Shown here: piece after piece, positions 55,206 to 64,000 of the stretch
How the letters are laid out: each line of letters opens with the position of its first letter
Numbering within the stretch: position 1 is the first letter of the stretch
Assembly (NCBI RefSeq): GCF_001447785.1
Contig: NW_015172562.1
Span: forward strand, 740,861 to 804,860
Reading direction: 5' to 3'
Length of the DNA: 64,000 nt
Source of the DNA: Gekko japonicus
Taxonomy: Eukaryota
Notes under the pieces: generated by a model
Databases searched by the model: none
What the model was told of the DNA's origin: nothing
The model's input: the letters and a program-made list of their open reading frames with translations, nothing else
Program-made: the position numbers and the translations under genes

Positions 55206-55432
55206 AGAAGAATTGCCCTCAAAAAAAGAAATAATTGATAAAATACTGTCAGTAGTAGAAATGGACAAATTGAGTTTAATAACAAAAGGTGCTAGCAAAG
55301 AGACAATTGATAAAAGATGGGGAAAGTTTTATGTATGGTTGAATAAAGATAATAGTTAAGACTCACAAGTATGAAAAATGTAAACCGATGATATGATGTA
55401 TACTGAAAATTTATAAATAAACTTTTTTTAAA
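55206..55432 (+). mobile_element. 5'-truncated L1-clade LINE 3' end
   Basis: Peptide KILSVVEMDKLSLITKGASKETIDKRWGKFYVWLNKDNS*; AATAAA; 19-bp TSD AGGAGTTGTACAAGTAGTC (55187-55205 and 55433-55451). Confidence 0.75.
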
Positions 55433-56002
55433 AGGAGTTGTACAAGTAGTCCATCAATTTTAAAATACTGGCTTTTTGATTATTTTATATACTGGCTGTT
55501 GATTTTACTCATTTGAAGTATTTATAAGCTGCTCTTTTGCCTAACAACAGTCCTGANNNNNNNNNNNNNNNNNNNNNNNNNNNNNAGAAAAACAGCAACT
55601 GCTAATGAAGGCACTGTGGAGCTAAACACAGGTACTTTCCAGTTCTCCTGCACCAACTGCTGTTCTTTAAAGGCCCAGTCCTTAGAGGTCTCTGTTGCTT
55701 CTGCCCCAGCTGCGACTCTCCAAAAGTTCCACAGGGCCTGTACAGGAATAGTGTGGTATCTAGAAACCAAGGCCAGGCAGCATCAGATGTTTTGGTCCCT
55801 AGGAGAGGCCTCACTTCACCCAGACAGATGGAGAGTCCTGGCTCTCTCTCAGTAGCAGTACTAAAAGATGAAGGCACCAAGGGGATGATGACGTGAACCG
55901 GCTTCTCCTCAATGCATTCCCCTTGTATCTGACTAGTTTTTGGTGCTGAATAATGTACTAAACTTAACTTCTCGGTACCAGAGCTGACTGGATAGTGCTG
56001 AT

Positions 56003-56522
56003 TTTTGTTGTTCAATTGCACAGTCGAGTCCAACTCTTCGTGACCCCATGGACCACATCACTCCAGGCCCTCCTGTCTTCTGCCATCCTCTGGACTTTGC
56101 TTAATTTTGTGTTCGTTGCATCGATAACACTGTCTAACCATCTCACCCTTTGCCATCCCCTTCTTCTTTGACTTTCAGTCTTTCCCAGCATCAGGGTCTT
56201 CTCCAGTGAGTGTTCCCTTCTCATTTGGTGGCCAAAGTATTTGCACTTCACCTTCAGTATCTGGCCTTCCAGGGAACAGTCAGGGTTGATTTCTTTTAGG
56301 ACTGACTGATTTGATCTCCTTGCAGTCCAAGGGACTCTCAAGAGTCTTCTCCAGCACCATAATTCAAAGGCATCTATTCTTCAGTGCTCAGCTTTCCTTA
56401 TGGTCCAACTCTTGCAGCCATACATTACTACTGGGAATACCATTGCTTTGATCATACGGACTTTTGTTGGCAGGGTGATGTCTCTACGTTTTATTATGCT
56501 GTCTAGGTTTGCCATAGCTTTC
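56003..56522 (-). mobile_element. BovB (RTE) 3' fragment
   Basis: ORF 56012..56341 RVPWTARRSNQSVLKEINPDCSLEGQILK...; (CAA)n tail; flanking GCTGAT duplication. Confidence 0.9.
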
Positions 56523-58884
56523 GCTGATGCATGGAGCCTAAACATATGTGAGATTATAGAACAGGAATTATGGCAGCGACCTTAACATAAAAATTTCCCT
56601 GCTTTTGGGAGTTATGAGTGAATGTGTAAGAACCTTAACTATTCTATCTTTAAGCAAAGGGTTTTTGATCTTCCAATACTTAATTATTCAGAGCTCAGTT
56701 CAAAGACTCTGGATTTTACTGCCTTTCATAATCACTGTTTACTGAGAACAAATCATTATAGTCACAAACATTAAATAATCCTCCCCAATCACAGATGTAG
56801 TGCTCTGCTCAGCATGCTGTAAAAGATCTGGATGTTTGTTTTGCTCCGCACCATGCTGTCCTGCATTGGCCCTTCCCAGCATGATCACTGTTGCACTCTG
56901 CAGCAAGTCTTCTGCATACCCAGCAGTGCACTGACCTTACGTTCTTCACTTATAACCACCTTCTATCCAAATGTCCACAAACTTTCCTCTTCCAAGACCG
57001 CTTTAAAGACTTGTTCCCTTTCCAATCTTCAATGCACTGGCCGTTACACACTTCACACAACAAAGTAAACCACAGGAACATTTCTGGGTTGGGGGGGGGG
57101 GGAAGCCTTTATCACACTAGATGGATCTAACAGCCACATGTTTGAGTCCTACCTGCAGACATTGTCAGTGCAAGTCCTGTACACTCAGCTGCTTAACTGG
57201 ATTATGTATAAACAGACATCTTTTAAACAAATTACAGCCATGCTAATCAGGGAATCTGCAGTGCTGCCGTCTAGCAAGAGCTACACTACATGAAAAGATT
57301 AAATGTCCTATTGAGACATGGAGACTCAGAAGGAAAACACAGCAGTCACGGAACATGTCACCAAAAACTAGAGAACACTGGGAGTGACCACATGCACCAT
57401 TACATTGTGGTAATTCACCTAGCCATTTACAGGGAATGATAAACACCACCTATCTAAATGTATGTGCCTAAATTCAGCTATTTATTATGAACTTTAATTA
57501 GTTCAACCTGGAGGGTAAAAGCCTGTTGATCTAGCTGTTTGAAATAGTGGGAAGAAGGAAACTGAACCTTGCCGTTATGATTCCAGCATGACAGAGCAGC
57601 TCTTCCTAATAACACAGTCAAATCCCAAAGAGGTGATGAGACAAAAAGGCATGCAAGATTATCTTTACTTGGAATAATCAGCCTTTGGGGATCTTCTCAA
57701 CGATATGGTAAACACAAACAAAATGCTTGTGGACACTAGAGGATGCTTTGCAGAAAACGTTTGGAACTTCCACAGGAAGCTCAATAATTTCAAAGGCAGC
57801 AGGCTCAAAGTTGTCAAAATATGCAAGTCTGTAATGTATCACAACTACAAGCTATGGAATTTGACTAAGCAAACAATACCAGCAGGCCAATATCCAACAC
57901 AGGTTTCCTTCGTTTATGATCGCATATGTTGGCCAAGGTGAGCTTGCCAGCCTCTCAGCTCAAATATAAATATGATGTAAATTTCTTCTAGTGAACAACC
58001 ATGATAACAACCATGTAATAAAAACAGATTTATATATTTCAAATGTTAATTTCTATGACCAGGCAACTCAAATGGAATATTAGCAAGGATTATAAAAGTA
58101 AATTTAATTAATGTGATTAATCAGGCTGCAAACATTGGGTGTCTCCAAGATGTGAATTTTAAGGTGTTAGAATAGTGGAGGAAATGCAAGAGTGGAGCTC
58201 ATAAAAAATAGACAGAGTGGAGGAAATGACGTCTATGAGGACACGTACAAAGTAAGAAAGTCACCTAGTAAAAGTGCTGTTCAGTATTTACCAGATTCTA
58301 AGGGGTTTTTTTCCCATAAAAAGTATCAGCTGAATCCATACATGCAAAAGAGAGTGATTATTTTCAACCCCCACCAGACCTTAGACTCCTCCCCCACCCT
58401 GCTTCTTGGGGGTCCCTATCCCCCAGGAGAAACACTGGAGGGCATTTTGGGCTCCAGCAGGAGGACCAAGTAATGCTTCACCGATGGAAATCCTTCTATC
58501 AATGGAGATTTTCAGTGGGATCCAAGCCAATGAGAGCAATGCAAAGATTCTTTTGTGGCTGTTGTCTGATTCACAAAATCACTGAATAGTTCCAGACCCC
58601 TTTTTGTACAGATGGAAATTAGGCAGAGTCCACAAATACATATTTTCAGCCACAAAAGGTAGGTTCTCTCTTTGCTGGAATAGCTAATGCCCGAAATACG
58701 TTAATTCATATTAACAGATTCAAAAGAGTTACATTCTCAGCAGCAGAGGAGACTCAACTATGAACTATGCTATGCTATATTTATTTTATTTACCTTGTGA
58801 ATGCTCAAAGTGGATTACAAACTTTAAAATAATGCAATAGGAACACCCTAAGATACACAATAAATAGTGCGATATATTGGCTTT

Positions 58885-59086
58885 TGCCCAGGAAAGCCTG
58901 ATCTTGTCAGATCCTGGAAGCTAAGAATCAGCCCTGGTTAGTATTTGGATGGGAGACCAACAAAGAATTCCAGGGTCACTGTGCAGCAGGAGGCAATGGC
59001 AAACCACCTCTGTTAGTCTCTTGCCCTGAAAACCCTATAGGGTTGCCATAAGTCAGCTGCAATTTGATGGCACTTCACACACACAT
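58885..59086 (+). mobile_element. 5S-derived SINE
   Basis: GATCTTGTCAGATCCTGGAAGCTAAG...CCCTGGTTAGTATTTGGATGGGAGACC plus an (AC)n tail. Confidence 0.8.
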
Positions 59087-59149
59087 ATTTGCTTTTAAGG
59101 TGCCATATGTCTCAATCAGTTTTATTAACCTCACTGTTTTGCTGTGCTA

Positions 59150-61451
59150 TAGGGTTGTGCACACACACAAAAATCGGGATTTTTCAGATTCGGATATATT
59201 GGACTAAAAAAAATTTGGGATTCCCCCCAAAACCTGAATTCTTATACTGGTATGGTATTTGGGCTTTTTCAGAAATCCCATCCCCCCCGGCTCCATTATA
59301 GCATATGGGACCATTATAGTCAATGGGGAATCTATCTGGGGGTATCCAGGGGTCTGGGTGTTTTTTGAGTTAGAGTTACTAAAATTTCAGCATTGTTTCA
59401 AAAAGATTGGACCAAGGGGTCCGATTCTATGGGTCCCCAAAGAAGGTGCCCCTACTCTCCATTGTTTCTAATGGTGGGGAAAACAGCAAAAAACAAGGGC
59501 TGAATTATCAAAACAGAGCGTCCTCAGTACAAACTGAAGGGGGGGGGGGTTTCCCAACCCAGCAAAACTCGGTACAGAGCGCCAAGCAGGATCAATGCCA
59601 CTGCTGCGGCAATACCAGTTCAACTGATCCAAGCAATGGGAGGTGCAAGCACAGCACAGACAGTGCATGTACAGAGTGCCCAGCAGAACCAGTGCCACTG
59701 TAGCAATGCCAGCTCAACAAACCAAGTGTGGGGGGTGCTAGCCCAACACAGCCAGGCCCAGAACATGTACAGAGTGCCAAGCACAACCAGTGCATGTACA
59801 GAGTGCCCAAAGAAGGTGCCCCATCCTCCGTTGTTTTCAATGGAAGAAAAAAATAAAGCATTTACGGCATTACGGTTTTGCTGGGCACTAGTACATTGCA
59901 CTGGTACTGCTCAGCACTCTGTATATACACTGGCTGTGCTGGGTCTGGGAGAAAATCCCTTACTTGTATTTGTTGAGCTGGCATTGCCATCATGGCATTG
60001 GTTCTGCTGGGCACTCTGTACATGCATTGGCTGTGTAAGGCTTGGGGGGAGCCCTTGCTTGGATTTGTTGAGCTGGCATTGCCACAGTGGCACTGGTTCT
60101 GCAAAAATCCCCCCCGCCACCTTCAGTTTCTACTGCAGAGACTCTCTGATTTGACATCCATTCCTGNNNNNNNNNNNNATTCCTGCTTTTTTGCTGTTTT
60201 TCCTCCATTGGAAATAATGGAGGATGAGGGCACCTTCTTTGGGGACCCATAAAATTGGACCCCCTGATCCAATTTTTTGAAACTTGGAGGGTCTTTTGAG
60301 TAGAGGCACCAGAAGCTATGCTGATAATTTGGTGCCCCTATCTCAAAAAACAGCCATCCAGACCCACACATAGATTTCCTATTATAGCTTATCGGGATCA
60401 TTGACTATAATGATCCCCATAACCTATAATGAAGCCAAAGGCATTTAAAGGTGCTGCAGTCCTTTTAAATGTACTCATGAAGCTGCAGCTTCACCCAGAA
60501 CAGTGTTTAAAGGGAGTGTACTCTCTTTAAACGCTATTTAACTGTGGCTATCCTGTTTTCCTAGAAAATCCTGAGTTGGCTATGTTCAATAGCTGAAAAT
60601 GCACCCCACTCTATATTCAGCTGAAAGAACAGCCGATTGTGACAGACTGCACTTAACAATGGGTTTCCTAGTGCAGCAGTTTCAGAGAGCTGGGAGACTC
60701 TTCACTGGAATGGAGAGCTTGAGTGACAGGCTGCTCCCTTCCCCTTCCCATTACTCTTTGATTGGCCAGTGCCAGCAGAGGAGAACTATATGATTAGCCA
60801 AGTACTGAGGGCATGCTCTCTTTGGAGTCATTCAGCCAGTTAGTATTGCGGAAGTCAGACAGTCAGTCGGCTTCTGATGGAGTCAGTTGGAGTCAGTGAG
60901 TCTGACAGTCAGTCAGACAGGTTCACCTTTAAAGTGAAGGGAAATGACTATTTGCCTTAACTGTTTTCTATCAATTCTGAAGAAGAATTCAGTATCAGAA
61001 CTTAACATCTAAGAGTCAGCCTAAACTGGCGTTCATTTTCACAGACACTAGAACTGGGATTGAGATTTTGGCAAGAGCGATTGGGTAGTATGCTGAAACT
61101 CCCCTTCAGGCCAAAAGAAAAGGGTTATATCTTCTGGGGAGAAGAAGAAGAATTTCTTCCAGTTGCACAGGGGGTTTTGCTCTGAGGAGACCCTGGTCTG
61201 TTGCAAAAGGAATCTGATTTAGACACCTCAAGATATTGAAATAAACTGTAGTTTCCAAAAGGAGGAGAGTTTAGGTACACAAATAAAGAAATCGTCTCCA
61301 GGAAACCTGAATAGTCATTGGAAACTATATGAAGAAACATTGTAATTATAACAAAAATGCTCAGTCCAATGCCTCTCACTGTTAGGATCCAAGAATATAT
61401 GAAAATAAGCTTCAATTTTCTGGCTTGGATAGAGCCAAATGCACATTCCTA
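59150..61451. mobile_element. 2.3-kb non-autonomous hAT element related to 21433-23156
   Basis: TIRs TAGGGTTGTGCA/TGCACATTCCTA; flanks CTGTGCTA/CTGTTTTA; internal inverted arrays. Confidence 0.6.
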
Positions 61452-61609
61452 CTGTTTTACTGTCGGGATTTAATTTGATAGATGTGCACATTTCCCCCTT
61501 CACCTCTCAAAGGGAGGCCGGCCCATTTTTTACACATGAACTCATATAATATATAGCTACTGTCAAGTCTGTTAATATACACTGCAAAAAAACAAGAAAT
61601 GGCCATAGC

Positions 61610-61824
61610 AGGGCCTGTGGCTCAGTGGAAGAGCATTTGCTTGTCTTGCAAAAGGTCCCAGGTGCAAGCCCTAGCATCTTTCAGCTAAAAGGATCCAGTT
61701 GTAGGTGATGCAAAAGACTTTCGCCCAAGACTCCAAAGAACTGCTGGTAGTCAGAGCACACAATACTGGCCCTGATGGGCCAACAGTCTGATTCAGTGTA
61801 AGGCAGCTTCATATGTTCATATGA
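61610..61824 (+). mobile_element. Squam3-like tRNA-derived SINE
   Basis: Head GGGCCTGTGGCTCAGTGGAAGAGCA; tail GTAAGGCAGCTTCATATGTTCATATG. Confidence 0.75.
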
Positions 61825-62331
61825 ATGGTCCAAGATTCATAGCCACTGTAATCTTATATACTCCTGTATCTCTCTCTTACTCATACCTACCCCATTTCCA
61901 TTCTGACTTCCATTTCAATGAAGGTTTTCAGCTTGACTGATTCAGAAATGTACACAGCAATAAGGGCGAGACAGTAAATAACACATTTGGCTTAGATGAA
62001 GACTATATCCTAACAAGTGCACATAAATCTCTATGCTGCAAAACTGACAAGCCTATTTCTATGCAAACTCTGCTTCCCAATGCTTTGCAAATCATAAATA
62101 TATATTAAATCATAGATACAAAGACTAGAAAGCCTTATATCACATTGTAAAACACATTTTTTTGCATGTCGAAACTATGCATCTCTAAACAGTCGAGTCA
62201 GAAAGAAACATTTGTTATTTTAGATGCAATGGGAGATCTGAATGGACCTCAGCAACAGTTTTCAGTTAGATCCTCAAAACAAAGACATGCTGAGAAATAA
62301 GAATACTTTGAGGCAGTAATCTCCTTGTAAG

Positions 62332-62669
62332 CAGGGGACTATTTTTGGGCAGGAACGCACAGGAACGGAGTTCCAGCTGGCTTCAGAGCTGGCCACACCC
62401 ACTATAGCCAAAACACACACACCCAGAGACTCTGAGGCGGGTGGGCCAGGGGGGCCCCTGGAAGGATCGGGGAGGCATTTGAATGCCTCCCTGTGCCTTC
62501 CTTTCCCTTCAAGGGGGGCTTGCCTGGGCTCCCCGCAGCCGCAGGGTGCTCAGACAAGCCAAGGGAAGGTATGGGGTGTGACCTAATATGCTAATGAGTT
62601 TCTGCTGTTGGGTGTGGGCTATTATGCTAATGAGTTCCTACTGGGCTTTTTCTACAAAAAAAAGCCCTG
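62332..62669. mobile_element. hAT-like MITE
   Basis: CAGGGGACTATTTTT...AAAAAAAGCCCTG termini; TSD not evident. Confidence 0.5.
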
Positions 62670-63353
62670 GGCAGGGCCCTGTCGTTGCTGGAGTACAATG
62701 CTTAACTGAGTGCCATTGTATATTGATGGTGTTGTACAAGTTAATAGTATATAAAATAAAATGTAATATTTGTTAAATGCTGAAAATAATTTAAGCACTT
62801 TACAGAGTACTTAAAAGGACAAATTTCTTTAAGCATAGATGAAACACAAGAGGCATCAGGCAGGATGGAAAAGAAGCATATACATGTATTTTTTTATGCT
62901 GCAGGTGAGCTTAAGAGTCTAGCAAATGGTACGGATTCCAGCGCACAGCTCATCTATTATTGTTGACAGTGTTATTAATACTGCTGGTAATTTTTTTTAC
63001 CCTGCTTTGTACTTGACTGAATCTCACTGAAACATGACAAGAAACCAGAGTTCTAACCAGAGTTCTTCAGAAACCTCACATATGGATTGCATACAGTCTA
63101 AACTCTCAAGAATTCAGTCTGCAGCAGGAAGCATGCCATTTGCAACAAAACAAGTAAACCAAATGGCAACCAAGTCCACTATTAAGCTGATGCCATTCCA
63201 AAGTGTGAACATTTTATCAGAAGGAATTTCCCCCCCTTGGTACAAAGCCTTTTTGCCTTTGATGTCAGTTTTCAAGATATACAGTCACAAACTATAGTTC
63301 GACAAAAGTTGTGCTGGTGCAACCAGTCCTCCTCATTTAAAGGCACACACACG

Positions 63354-63379
63354 TATGTATGTATGTATGTATGTATGTA

Positions 63380-63411
<32 letters not shown>

Positions 63412-63600
63412 TACCTGGAAGTCATGGCGACCTCTGGTGATTGACCCCTACTGGGGGCATGGAGGATATTCAGAGAGGTAGCTGAGTGAAGCCTGCCCCC
63501 ACCTCTCGACTGCTGGTATTTCAAGGAGGTCTCCCATCCAATTGCCTGCCAGAGTCGACCTTGTTTAGCTTCTGAGATCTAATGAGATTGATCTTGCTTG
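63354..63600 (-). mobile_element. 5S-derived SINE with an (AC)n/(ATAC)n microsatellite tail
   Basis: Homologous to 41225-41431; compound repeat at 63354-63412. Confidence 0.75.
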
Positions 63601-64000
63601 GCATAGCAGGGATTCTTGTACTGCTCGGGAGGACAGAAACTTGCCATAACTACATGGCTCATTCTCATAATAAAGGCACCATTTAAAAAAATATTTTATT
63701 TATTTAGTTTTCTATTATACAGCCAAAAGCACTTTTATACATTTATATTCATGTTTTTGAGGTCTTACACATGATAGATTACCCCCACCATTTGTATACT
63801 CTCAACCACTTTCTTTGGAATATTATTTCATCTTTAAGAAGAAGAGAAGAAGAGATTGGATTTATACCCCGCCCTTCACTTGGGAGTCTCAGAGCGGCTT
63901 ACAAACTCCTTTCCCATCTGTCCTTATATCTTGGAGAGTGAAGTGATTTCAGATGCCAAAAGACAATAGCAGGCATTGATAATGAGAGAAGAAACCTAGG

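Noticed and set aside
59407-60401. Cluster of Cys/Gln-rich ORFs on both strands
   Set aside because: They arise from the inverted repeat arrays inside a non-autonomous transposon and show no domain or splice structure.
61610-61690. tRNA gene
   Set aside because: It is a SINE head with A/B boxes but no intact cloverleaf, followed by a SINE body and tail.
48568-64000. GNAI2 exon 4 (…EYQLNDSA…) or earlier exons
   Set aside because: Not found on the minus strand by inspection; presumed to lie beyond the window.

Overview
Vertebrate genomic DNA from a squamate, most likely a gecko (inferred from Sauria SINE, BovB, Squam3-like SINE and the MITE families, not proven). It holds two convergent (tail-to-tail) heterotrimeric G-protein alpha genes. 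On the + strand is a complete rod transducin alpha gene, GNAT1: 8 coding exons from 3998 to 21171, all GT-AG, giving a 1050-nt ORF of 349 aa, plus a probable non-coding exon 9 from 23209. On the - strand is the 3' half of GNAI2: coding exons 5-8 plus the 3'UTR exon, with exons 1-4 beyond the right edge. The GNAT1 ORF and a CRX/NRL-type promoter cluster are intact. The protein nevertheless differs from recalled human GNAT1 by about 30 substitutions, including Switch I T178M at the RGS-contact threonine, and by an in-frame deletion of K25. This matters because geckos are the classic lineage that lost rod photoreceptor machinery. The introns are expanded and full of transposable elements: a triple-nested hAT insertion, a probable MITE excision footprint, Penelope-type minimal hammerhead ribozyme motifs, 5S-derived SINEs, and BovB, CR1, L2 and L1 fragments. 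Human-sequence comparisons are from memory and need alignment to confirm. Repeat boundaries lacking a target-site duplication (TSD) are approximate.
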